Shown: positions 1 through 8,238 of the stretch, piece by piece
Layout of the letters: each line of letters opens with the position of its first letter
Position numbering within the stretch: the stretch's first letter is position 1
Assembly: GCA_963761335.1 (NCBI GenBank)
Contig: CAVXGR010000025.1
Coordinates: 20,366 to 84,365 of the forward strand
Reading direction: 5' to 3'
DNA from: an uncultured delta proteobacterium
GTDB lineage: Bacteria; Desulfobacterota; Binatia; HRBIN30; BPIQ01
DNA length: 64,000 nucleotides
Made by a program: the position numbers and the translations under genes
The notes under the pieces: model-generated
What the model saw: the letters and a program-made list of their open reading frames with translations, nothing else
Database searches by the model: none
What the model was told of the DNA's origin: nothing

Positions 1-44
1 TCCCGGGCTTGAACGCGGCCCGCAAAATGGAGATACGAAACCCC

Positions 45-1235
45 ATGTCCCTGCCGCTCGACGGTCTTCGCATCCTCGCCTTCAGCCAGCTCGGCGCCGG
101 TCCGTATGCCATGACCATCCTCGCCGATCTCGGCGCCGAGGTGATCAAGGTGGAGGATCCGCTCACCGGTGGCGACGAGGCGCGCAATGTCCCTCCCTAT
201 GCCGAGGACGGCGACAGCCTCTATTTCCAGTCGCTCAACCGCAACGCCAAGAGCCTGACCCTCAACCTGCGCGTGCTCGAAGGGCAGCAGCTCTTCCACC
301 GTCTGGTCGCCGTGTGCGACGCGGTCTACGCCAACACGCGCGGCGATCTGCCGGAGAAGCTCGGCCTCGACTACGCCAGCCTCGAGCACGTGAACCCTCG
401 CATCGTCTGCTGCGCCCTCTCGGGCTTCGGCAAGACCGGGCCGCTGCGCGCCGACCCCGGGTACGACTACCTGCTGCAGGCGATGGCCGGCTTCATGAGC
501 GTCACCGGCGATCCCGGAGGCCCGCCGACCAAGTCGGGAATTTCCGTGGTCGACTTTTCCGGCGGATTGATGTCGGCAGTCGGCCTGCTCACCGGATTGC
601 TGCGGGCGCGCGCCACCGGTGTGGGCGGCGACGTCGACGTCAGCCTGCTCGACACGGCGATCTCGATGCTGAACTACCTCGCCGTCTGGTCGCTCAACCG
701 CGGCTACAAGATCCGCCGACTCGCCGACTCGGCGCATCAGACGCTGGTGCCGTCGCAGAGCTTCGCCACCCGCGACGGCCACCTGGTGATCATGTGCATG
801 AAGGAGAAGTTCTGGCAGCGGCTCGCCGAGCGCCTCGGCATGCCGGCGCTCGCCGAGGATCCGCGTTTCCGCACCTTCGCCGATCGCATGGCGCATCGCG
901 ACGAGCTCATTCCGGTGCTCAAGGAGGCGATGCGCCGCCGCACCACGGCGGAGTGGCTCGAGGAGCTGCGCGGCGCCGTGCCCTGCGCGCCGGTCTACTC
1001 GGTCGAGGAGGCACTCGAGGCAGAGCAGGTGCTGGCGCGAGAGATGGTGATTTCCTACACCCATCCGCACTTCGGCGTCGTGCGCGAGGTCGGTTGTCCG
1101 ATCAAGCTCGACAATGCGGCGCCGCGCTACGGACCCGCCTCGGCGCTCGGCGCCGACACCGAGGCGCTGCTCGGTGCGCTGCTCGGCACCACCGCCGAAG
1201 AGGTGCAGCGGTTGCGGGCGGCGGGCGCAGTGTAG
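45..1235 (+). CDS. Family III (CaiB/BaiF-type) acyl-CoA transferase
   Basis: ORF 9..1235. The N-terminus MSLPLDGLRILAFSQLGAGPYAMTILADLGAEVIKVEDP is the typical class III CoA-transferase start. The paralogue at 7041 begins the same way. I chose ATG 45 because GGAGA lies about 11 nt upstream. ATG 27 and TTG 9 are also in frame. Confidence 0.85.
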   Translation: MSLPLDGLRILAFSQLGAGPYAMTILADLGAEVIKVEDPLTGGDEARNVPPYAEDGDSLYFQSLNRNAKSLTLNLRVLEGQQLFHRLVAVCDAVYANTRGDLPEKLGLDYASLEHVNPRIVCCALSGFGKTGPLRADPGYDYLLQAMAGFMSVTGDPGGPPTKSGISVVDFSGGLMSAVGLLTGLLRARATGVGGDVDVSLLDTAISMLNYLAVWSLNRGYKIRRLADSAHQTLVPSQSFATRDGHLVIMCMKEKFWQRLAERLGMPALAEDPRFRTFADRMAHRDELIPVLKEAMRRRTTAEWLEELRGAVPCAPVYSVEEALEAEQVLAREMVISYTHPHFGVVREVGCPIKLDNAAPRYGPASALGADTEALLGALLGTTAEEVQRLRAAGAV

Positions 1236-1245
1236 CGGCGCCCGC

Positions 1246-2406
1246 ATGGATTTCTCCTACTCTCGCGCCGAAGAGCAGTTCCGCGCCGAGCTGCGCCGCT
1301 GGCTCGACGAGTACGAGCCGCGCGGGCCGCGTGTCTTCGCCTCGCTGGAGGAGGAGGCGGCGTTCCTCACCGCCTGGCAGCGCGCCCTGCACGCCGGCGG
1401 CTGGGCCGCCGTGCACTGGCCTACCGAGTACGGCGGCCGCGGCGCCTCGTTGACCGAGCAGGCGATTTTCAACGAGGAGATGGCGCGCGCCCGCGCCCCG
1501 CAGATGATGAACCGCGTCGGCATCAATCTGGTCGGGCCGACGCTGATCGCCCACGGCAGCGAGGCGCAGCGGCGTCGCTACCTTCCGGCGATTCTGAGCT
1601 GCGAGGAGATCTGGTGCCAGCTCTTCTCGGAGCCCAACGCCGGCTCCGATCTGGCCTCGCTGCGCACCCGCGCCGAGCCCGATGGCGACGGCTTCCGGGT
1701 GAGCGGACAGAAGGTGTGGACCAGCTACGCCCAGTTCGCCCGCTGGGGCATTCTCCTGGCGCGCACCAGCGCCGAGGCGCCCAAGCACAAGGGGCTGAGC
1801 TATCTGATCGTCGACATGCGGTCTCCCGGGGTGAGCATCCGGCCGCTGCGACAGCTCACCGGGAGCGCCGAGTTCAGCGAGACCTTCTTCGACGCCGTCT
1901 GGGTGCCGCGCGCCAACCTGATCGGCGCTGAGAACCGCGGCTGGGAGATCGCCCAGACGACGCTGGCACACGAGCGCGGTACGGCCTTTCCCTTCAAGGA
2001 GCAGGTGATCCACAAGATCGCCGTCGACGAGCTGGCGGAGCTGCTGCGGAGGCAGGGCGGCCGCGGAGAGCTGCGCCAGCGTCTGGCGGCGCTGTTCACC
2101 GAGGTCGAGATCATGCGCCTGCACAACTGCCGTATGATGACCAAGCTCGGCCGCGGCGAGATGCCGGGAGCGGAGAGCTCGATCGTGAAGCTCTTCTGGG
2201 CCGATCTCTCGCAGTCGCTCTTCGAAACGGCGCTGGCCGCCCTCGGCCCCGGCGCGCAGCTGGTCCACGGCGATTCGCGCGCCGCGGGGGCAGGGCGCTG
2301 GGCGCAGGGATTTCTCTGGTCGCGCTGCGCCAGCATCGCCGGCGGCACCTCGGAGATCCAGCGCACCATCATCGCCCAGCGCCTGCTCGGCCTGCCGCGC
2401 GCCTGA
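1246..2406 (+). CDS. Acyl-CoA dehydrogenase
   Basis: Frame of ORF 1114..2406. ATG 1246 (MDFSYSRAEEQFRAELRRWL) lies 10 nt after the upstream stop. ACAD motifs present: WPTEYGGRGAS, EIWCQLFSEPNAGSDLASLRT, SGQKVWTS and C-terminal GGTSEIQRTIIAQRLLGLP. Confidence 0.9.
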   Translation: MDFSYSRAEEQFRAELRRWLDEYEPRGPRVFASLEEEAAFLTAWQRALHAGGWAAVHWPTEYGGRGASLTEQAIFNEEMARARAPQMMNRVGINLVGPTLIAHGSEAQRRRYLPAILSCEEIWCQLFSEPNAGSDLASLRTRAEPDGDGFRVSGQKVWTSYAQFARWGILLARTSAEAPKHKGLSYLIVDMRSPGVSIRPLRQLTGSAEFSETFFDAVWVPRANLIGAENRGWEIAQTTLAHERGTAFPFKEQVIHKIAVDELAELLRRQGGRGELRQRLAALFTEVEIMRLHNCRMMTKLGRGEMPGAESSIVKLFWADLSQSLFETALAALGPGAQLVHGDSRAAGAGRWAQGFLWSRCASIAGGTSEIQRTIIAQRLLGLPRA

Positions 2407-2413
2407 GACAGAT

Positions 2414-3598
2414 ATGGATCTGGCCTTCACCGCTGAGGAGGAGAAGTTTCGCGCCGACATCCGCACCTGGCTGGCGGCGAACCTGCCGGCGGGGTGGGGC
2501 ACCGAGTCGTTTCCGGAGCCGCAATCGCTCGAGGAGGAGGTGCGGTTTCTCCGCGAATGGCAGCGGCGCCTGCACGCGGCTCGGCTGGTGGGGGTGCACT
2601 GGCCGGCGGCCTACGGCGGCCGCGGCGCCTCCGTGGTCGAGAACTTCATCCTCCAGGAAGAGATGGCGCGCGCTCGCGCCCCGGAGCTGATCGGCCGCAT
2701 CGGCATCAACCTCGTCGGGCCGACGTTGATCGCCTGCGGCAGCGAGGAGCAGAAGCAGCTCCTGCCGCGCATCCTCGCGGCGGAGGACATCTGGTGCCAG
2801 CTCTTCTCCGAGCCCAACGCCGGCTCGGATCTCACGGCGCTGCGCTGCCGCGCCGAGGCCGACGGCGACGACTTCGTCGTCAGCGGGCAGAAGACGTGGA
2901 CCAGCTACGCGCAGTTCGCGCGCTGGGGCGTGCTGCTGGCGCGCACCGGCGATCTCGCCTCCCGCGGGCGTGGCATCAGCTTCTTTCTGCTCGACATGCA
3001 GAGCTCGGGGATCACCATCCGGCCGCTGCGGCAGATGACCGGCTCGGAGGAGTTCAACGAGGTGTTTCTCGACCGCGTGCGCGTGCCGCGCCGCTATCTG
3101 GTCGGCGAGATCAACCGCGGCTGGGAGATCGCCCAGACCACGCTCAGTCACGAGCGCGGCACCAATCCGCGGCAGATGGTCATTCACCGGATCCTGCTCG
3201 CCGAGCTGCTGGCGATGGCGCAGCGGCGGCACCGCGGCACCGAGATCGCCGCCAGAGATCCGCAGCTGCGCCAGAAGCTGGCGCAGGCGGCCATCGAGGT
3301 GCAGCTGATCACGCTCCACAACTGGCGGACCCTGACGCAGGTGCGCCGCCATGGTCGCCCGGGCCCGGAGAGCTCGCTGGTGAAGCTCTTCTGGAGCGAG
3401 GCGAGCCAGCGCCTGCACGACACCGCCATGGAGGTCCTGCACACCTACGCGCCCCTCGCCCCCGGCGAGCCCCGCGCCGAGGCCCGCGGCCGCTGGGCCC
3501 GCTCCTACATGTACTACCGCGCCGGAACCATTTTCGCCGGCACCTCGGAGATTCAGAGGAACATCATTGCGCAGCGCGTCCTCGGCCTGCCGAAGTGA
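2414..3598 (+). CDS. Acyl-CoA dehydrogenase (paralogue of the upstream gene)
   Basis: ORF 2414..3598, with ATG 7 nt after the previous stop. Motifs: WPAAYGGRGAS, DIWCQLFSEPNAGSDLTALR, SGQKTWTS, AGTSEIQRNIIAQRVLGLPK. Confidence 0.9.
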   Translation: MDLAFTAEEEKFRADIRTWLAANLPAGWGTESFPEPQSLEEEVRFLREWQRRLHAARLVGVHWPAAYGGRGASVVENFILQEEMARARAPELIGRIGINLVGPTLIACGSEEQKQLLPRILAAEDIWCQLFSEPNAGSDLTALRCRAEADGDDFVVSGQKTWTSYAQFARWGVLLARTGDLASRGRGISFFLLDMQSSGITIRPLRQMTGSEEFNEVFLDRVRVPRRYLVGEINRGWEIAQTTLSHERGTNPRQMVIHRILLAELLAMAQRRHRGTEIAARDPQLRQKLAQAAIEVQLITLHNWRTLTQVRRHGRPGPESSLVKLFWSEASQRLHDTAMEVLHTYAPLAPGEPRAEARGRWARSYMYYRAGTIFAGTSEIQRNIIAQRVLGLPK

Positions 3599-3616
3599 GG
3601 CAGTCGTCAAGGAAGA

Positions 3617-3712
3617 GGTGTTGGGTGTTGAGGTGTTGGGTGTTGGGGGGAAGAGGTCGCGTCTTAGTTAGTTTGCCCGTCCCAACAGCCAACACCTCAA
3701 CACCCCAACACC
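3617..3712. repeat. Intergenic imperfect palindrome with heptamer-repeat arms (element A)
   Basis: The left arm 3617-3650 is (GGTGTTG)x4 with one extra A. The right arm 3681-3712, cccaacagccaacacctcaacaccccaacacc, is its near reverse complement. The loop is about 30 nt and AT-richer. GGAAGAGGT occurs at 3611 and at 3649. Confidence 0.9.
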
Positions 3713-3795
3713 TTGTCTCCAGGCGGTGCTGGACTCGCGCCGGGGAGAGACTACCCTGAGAGGCGCGTTATGGAGCTTTCCGCGCGGAGAATCCG

Positions 3796-6700
3796 ATGAG
3801 TTGGGTGTCCAGCTGGCGCGCGCGCCTGTGGCCTTGGCGGCGCTGGCTCGTCGTGCTCCTGGTGCTGCTCGTCGTGCGGGTGGCCCTGCCGGAGGTGTTG
3901 CGCAGGGTGCTGATCTCGCAGGCGTCGCAGGCGCTGCGCGCGCGCGTCGAGGTCGGTGACCTCGATCTGTCCCTGCTGCGCGGCGGCGTCGCCCTCGAGG
4001 ACGTTGCGATTTTTGCCCCTGCCACCCCGACCGGGGGCGAGCAGCCGCTGATCGCCTGGAAGCGCCTTGCCGTCGAGCTGCACTGGCTGCCGCTGTTCCG
4101 GAAGACAGTTCAGCTCCGCGAGTTGGTGCTGGACACTCCGCATGTGGCGCTCGATCGCCTGGCAGATGGTCAGATCAATTTGATGGCCCTGGTTCCAGTG
4201 AGCGAGGCGCCGGCCGCTCCGACTCCGGCCCCGGCGACGGCGAAAGCCGCATGGAGCTTCGGCGTCGACCGCTTGGTTCTGCGCCGCGGCGGGCTGCTCT
4301 TTCGCGACTTCGAGGTCAAGGATACCGAGCCCCTGGAGATGAGCTTCGAGGAAATCCAGGTGCGCGACATCGCGCTCAGACCGGGGCTCTACGGCCAGCC
4401 GGCCACGGTGCATCTGGAGCTCGCCTTCGACCAGGCATCGCTGCGGCTCGATGCCCGCTTGACCATGCTGGATCAAGGTTTCGATCTGGACGCCGACCTC
4501 GAGGCCCACGCTTTGCCGCTGCGCCGCTCGCGCCTCTACATCCCCAGCGTCGGTTGGAGCGCGCTGCAGGGAGAGGTCGACGCGACGCTCAACTATCGGC
4601 TCGAGACCGACAAGCGGAACGAGGTGCGCGGCACGGTGAGCTTGCGTGACGTGGCGGTCCGGGTATCGGCGCTCGAAGAGCCGGCGCTGGCGTGGAAGGA
4701 CCTCACGGTGAAGGTCGATCCGCTGGATCTGATCGCGCACCGAGCCGCGGTCGCCGACGTCACTCTTGACGGCGCCTCACTTCTGGTGCGGCCGCAGGGA
4801 GGCGATCTGCTTCCCTTCCTGGCCGCCAGCACCAGCAAGGCGGTGCATGCTGTCGCAGCGGCGACTCCCGCGGCCGGGTCGGAGGCGCCGGCGGCGCCGG
4901 CGACGGAAAAGGCAGAGGCGGCGACGAAGGTCGAGGCGAATCCCTGGCACTGGTCAGTTGCCTCGCTGCACCTCGGCGATTCGCGGGTGCGCCTTCTCGG
5001 CGACGCCGAGCCCCTCGATGTCGGCATCGGCGCATCGGCCGGCGGCATTGCCGACAGCGGCGAGCAGCCCGGGACCGCCGAGGTGACTCTCACCGTCGGC
5101 GAAGGGCAGGTGGCGCTGAAGGGATCCGTGAAAGTCGCCCCGCCCGCCTTCGGAGGCTCGCTGAAGATCTCGGATCTCTCCCTGCCGGAGCTGGCGCGCG
5201 CCGCCGCGGCCGTGCCTCCCGGGCTCTTGCAGTCGGCACGGCTGAGCTCCGATCTCACCGTCGAAGCCGGTCTCGCCGCGGCCGAGGACGGCACGGCGCC
5301 GGCGGCGGGCGACGTGCGCGTTCGCGGCAAGCTCTCTCTCGGCGATCTGCATGTGACCGGCGTCACACCGCAGGACTTCTCCCTGACGGCGAAGTCGATC
5401 GATCTCGGCATCAATGAGCTCGATGTGCCCGGGGCCCTGCCGTCCTCCGCTGGCGCCGCGGCGTCCGACGTGCGTTTCAAGGGCCAGCTGGCGCTCGGCG
5501 ACTGGATGCTGAGCGGACCCGACCCGAAGACGTTCTCGGTCGGCGCCCACGCCTTTGAGGTTCCGATCACGGCCATCAGCGCACCGGATATCTTCTCGAC
5601 GGAGGAGAAAACGGCGGGTGCCGCTCCGATTGGCGTGACGCTTGGAGACGTGCGCTTGGAGAAACCGACCGTGCAGGTGACACGGACCGCGGAAGGCTTC
5701 GCTCTGCCAAATTTCTCGGGGCCGCCGACGAAGGCCGAAGCGTCGCCGCCCCCGAAGGGCACGCCGCACGCAATCGAGGTCACCTTGGCATCGCTTCGCC
5801 TCGACGGGGGCACCGTCGACATGAGCGATCGCACGATGAAGCCCTTCTTCAACGGACGACTTTCGGCGGTCGACGCCGATCTCGAGCAGGTGCGTTGGCC
5901 CGGGCCATCGGTGGGCAGCCTGAAGCTCTCGGCCGTCGGCAGCGAGCAGGGCAAGCTCGACATCTACGGTGCCCTCTCCGAAGGCAGCGGTTGGTTCCAG
6001 GTCGACGTCGACAAGCTGGCGCTGCCGCCGTTCAATCCCTACGCCACCGGCTTCTCCAGCTACAGCATCGGCAGCGGCAAGCTCTCGTTGTCCAGCAAGG
6101 CGTCGTTCGCCAAGGGCAACTACTACGCGGACAACTGGATCACGCTGCACGACCTCGACGTGCAGAGCGGCGCGGGCGATTCGCTCTTCCAGCAACAGTT
6201 CGGGATTCCGCTGTCGATGGCGCTGGCGCTGTTGCGCGACATGAACGGAAACATCGATCTCGGCATTCCCGTCTCCGGCGGCACCGAGGGAACGAAGATC
6301 GGTCTGTTCACCGTGATTCGCAGCGCCTTGCAGCACGCCATCGTCAATGCGCTGGCCTCGCCACTGAAGCTGGTGGGAGCCGTGTTCGGGGGGAAGGGGA
6401 AAGCCGCATCGCTGGCTCCCGCGCCGATCTCGTTTCTGCGCGGCCGGGCCGAGCCGGCAGCCGAGGGAGCCGCACAGGTGGCGCAGCTGGGCCAGCTGCT
6501 CGCCAGCCGGCCGGCCATCGGGGTGACGCTCGAGACCGCGGTGAGCGAAGACGACGTGCGTTGGCTGCGCGAGCAGGACCTGTTGAAGACGTGGCAGAGC
6601 GAAGGCCTGATCGCCAGGCTGGGGGCGCTGATCCAGAAGGGCAGGCGCGATCGCGTGCGCGACGCGCTCGAGGCGCGCGCCAAGGACAAGCCCGGCACGC

Positions 6701-6924
6701 TGTCGCCCGAGGATAGCAAGGCGCTGGATGACTGGCTCGCCGAGCAGCCGGCGATTCCTGCGGCGCAGCTGCGCGAGCTCGCCGAGGCGCGTCTGCAGCG
6801 GGTGCAGAAGCTGCTGCAGGAGGGCAGCGGTGTCGGCAGCAACCGCATCGGGCTGGCGGAACCCCGGGCGCAGCTCACTCGAGGGGCGCCGGTGGTGAGC
6901 GTGAACCTGGGGGCGAGGCAATGA
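3796..6924 (+). CDS. DUF748 / AsmA-like large envelope protein
   Basis: 1042-aa ORF. ATG 3796 follows GGAGA. It has an N-terminal membrane anchor (WRRWLVVLLVLLVV) and then VEVGDLDLSLLRGGVALEDVAI-type repeats. The C-terminal FGIPLSMALALLRDMNGNIDLGIPVSG is as I recall for DUF748 proteins. Confidence 0.7.
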   Translation: MSWVSSWRARLWPWRRWLVVLLVLLVVRVALPEVLRRVLISQASQALRARVEVGDLDLSLLRGGVALEDVAIFAPATPTGGEQPLIAWKRLAVELHWLPLFRKTVQLRELVLDTPHVALDRLADGQINLMALVPVSEAPAAPTPAPATAKAAWSFGVDRLVLRRGGLLFRDFEVKDTEPLEMSFEEIQVRDIALRPGLYGQPATVHLELAFDQASLRLDARLTMLDQGFDLDADLEAHALPLRRSRLYIPSVGWSALQGEVDATLNYRLETDKRNEVRGTVSLRDVAVRVSALEEPALAWKDLTVKVDPLDLIAHRAAVADVTLDGASLLVRPQGGDLLPFLAASTSKAVHAVAAATPAAGSEAPAAPATEKAEAATKVEANPWHWSVASLHLGDSRVRLLGDAEPLDVGIGASAGGIADSGEQPGTAEVTLTVGEGQVALKGSVKVAPPAFGGSLKISDLSLPELARAAAAVPPGLLQSARLSSDLTVEAGLAAAEDGTAPAAGDVRVRGKLSLGDLHVTGVTPQDFSLTAKSIDLGINELDVPGALPSSAGAAASDVRFKGQLALGDWMLSGPDPKTFSVGAHAFEVPITAISAPDIFSTEEKTAGAAPIGVTLGDVRLEKPTVQVTRTAEGFALPNFSGPPTKAEASPPPKGTPHAIEVTLASLRLDGGTVDMSDRTMKPFFNGRLSAVDADLEQVRWPGPSVGSLKLSAVGSEQGKLDIYGALSEGSGWFQVDVDKLALPPFNPYATGFSSYSIGSGKLSLSSKASFAKGNYYADNWITLHDLDVQSGAGDSLFQQQFGIPLSMALALLRDMNGNIDLGIPVSGGTEGTKIGLFTVIRSALQHAIVNALASPLKLVGAVFGGKGKAASLAPAPISFLRGRAEPAAEGAAQVAQLGQLLASRPAIGVTLETAVSEDDVRWLREQDLLKTWQSEGLIARLGALIQKGRRDRVRDALEARAKDKPGTLSPEDSKALDDWLAEQPAIPAAQLRELAEARLQRVQKLLQEGSGVGSNRIGLAEPRAQLTRGAPVVSVNLGARQ

Positions 6925-6960
6925 GTATCTCGGAAGAGCAGCCCCATGCTGGCTCGCGCG

Positions 6961-7033
6961 CCCCAACAGCCAACACCTCAACTCCTTCAACACCTTGATC
7001 CTCGGCACCCAACAACGTAACAACCAGCAACCC
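6961..7033. repeat. Solo arms of element families A and E (element B)
   Basis: 6961-6997 (ccccaacagccaacacctcaactccttcaacaccttg) matches the right arm of element A at about 31 of 36 positions in the same orientation. 7006-7033 (cacccaacaacgtaacaaccagcaacc) resembles the right arm of element E at 34468-34492. I saw no partner arm nearby. Confidence 0.8.
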
Positions 7034-7040
7034 CCTCCCC

Positions 7041-8228
7041 ATGCCGCTAAAAGGAATACGCGTCCTCGACATCGGCACCCGCATCGCCGCGCCGTTCGCG
7101 GCGACGTTGCTCGCCGACTTCGGGGCGGAGGTGATCAAGGTCGAGCTGCCGGGGCAGGGGGATTTTCTGCGCTCCATCGGGCCGTTCGAAGATGGCTACT
7201 CGCTTTTCTGGGCGGTGGAGGGGCGCAATCGCAAGTCGGTCACGCTCGATCTCCGCAAGCCGCGCGGCCAGGAGCTGTTCAAGCGGCTGGTCGCGGTGTC
7301 CGACGTCGTCGTGGAGAACTTCCGTCCGGGGACACTCGAGGGCTGGGGTCTGGGCTACGATGTCCTCGAGCCGATCCGCCCCGGTCTGGTCCTCAGCCGC
7401 GCCTCCGTCTACGGGCAGACCGGGCCGTATCGCCAGCGCCCGGGTCTCGACCGCAACGGCATCGCCTTCGGTGGCCTTCTCTATCTCACCGGCTACGCCG
7501 ATCGGCCGCCGGTGCGTCCCGGCCTGCTGGTCTCCGACTATCTCACCGGGGTCTTCAACGCCTTTGCGATCGTCATGTCGCTCTATCACCGCGACCTCCG
7601 CGGTGGCGGCGGCCAGTGCATCGACGTGTCGCTGTACGAATCGGTCTTCCGCATCATGGAGCACACGGTGGCCGCGTACGACCGTCTCGGCGCGGTGCGC
7701 GAGCGCGAGGGGAATCGCCTGCGCAACTCGGCGCCGCTCGACAACTGGCAGACGAAGGACGGCAAGTGGCTGTGCATCGTCGCCGCGGGCGACGGGCTCT
7801 TCCCGCGCCTGGTGCGCGCCATGGGGCGCGAGGATCTCCTGCGCGACCCGCGCTTCGCGACACTGGCGCAGCGCGCCGCCCACGGGGACGAGATCAACGG
7901 TATCGTCGGCGAATGGGTGGCGGCCCACACCGCCGAGGAGATCGAGGGGATGCTGCTGCCCGCCGAGGTTCCCGTGAGTCGCGCCTACAGCATCGCCGAC
8001 ATCTTTGCCGATCCGCACTACGCGGCTCGCGCCGACATCGCCGTGGTCGACGATCCGACGATCGGACCGGTGCGCATGCAGGGGGTGTATCCGCGACTGT
8101 CGGCAACCCCGGGCGCCGTGCGCCGCGGCGCCCCGAAGCTCGGCGAGCACAATCGCGAGATCTATCGGGATCTCCTCGGCCTCTCCGCAAGCGAGATTGA
8201 AGAGCTCGCCGCGGCGCGGGTCATCTGA
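7041..8228 (+). CDS. Family III (CaiB/BaiF-type) acyl-CoA transferase
   Basis: ORF 7041..8228. MPLKGIRVLDIGTRIAAPFAATLLADFGAEVIKVE. Paralogue of the first gene in the window. Confidence 0.88.
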   Translation: MPLKGIRVLDIGTRIAAPFAATLLADFGAEVIKVELPGQGDFLRSIGPFEDGYSLFWAVEGRNRKSVTLDLRKPRGQELFKRLVAVSDVVVENFRPGTLEGWGLGYDVLEPIRPGLVLSRASVYGQTGPYRQRPGLDRNGIAFGGLLYLTGYADRPPVRPGLLVSDYLTGVFNAFAIVMSLYHRDLRGGGGQCIDVSLYESVFRIMEHTVAAYDRLGAVREREGNRLRNSAPLDNWQTKDGKWLCIVAAGDGLFPRLVRAMGREDLLRDPRFATLAQRAAHGDEINGIVGEWVAAHTAEEIEGMLLPAEVPVSRAYSIADIFADPHYAARADIAVVDDPTIGPVRMQGVYPRLSATPGAVRRGAPKLGEHNREIYRDLLGLSASEIEELAAARVI

Positions 8229-8238
8229 GGGGGCGCGC

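Noticed and set aside
1102-2502. Large antisense or alternative-frame ORFs overlapping well-supported genes. Other examples: 3751..4740 -, 4954..7023 -, 12178..14715 -, 14451..16814 -, 22037..26029 +, 23814..26705 -, 41935..42882 +, 57894..60617 -
   Set aside because: Their translations are Arg/Ala/Pro/Gly-rich low-complexity strings with no recognisable motifs. In each case the overlapping frame carries clear family signatures. Such ORFs are typical artefacts of high G+C.
3755-3775. Weak sigma54-like string TGGAGC-N5-GCGC upstream of the DUF748 gene
   Set aside because: Only the GG-N10-GC spacing matches. The -24 element matches at 4 of 6 positions and the -12 element at 2 of 4. This is not distinguishable from chance in GC-rich DNA.
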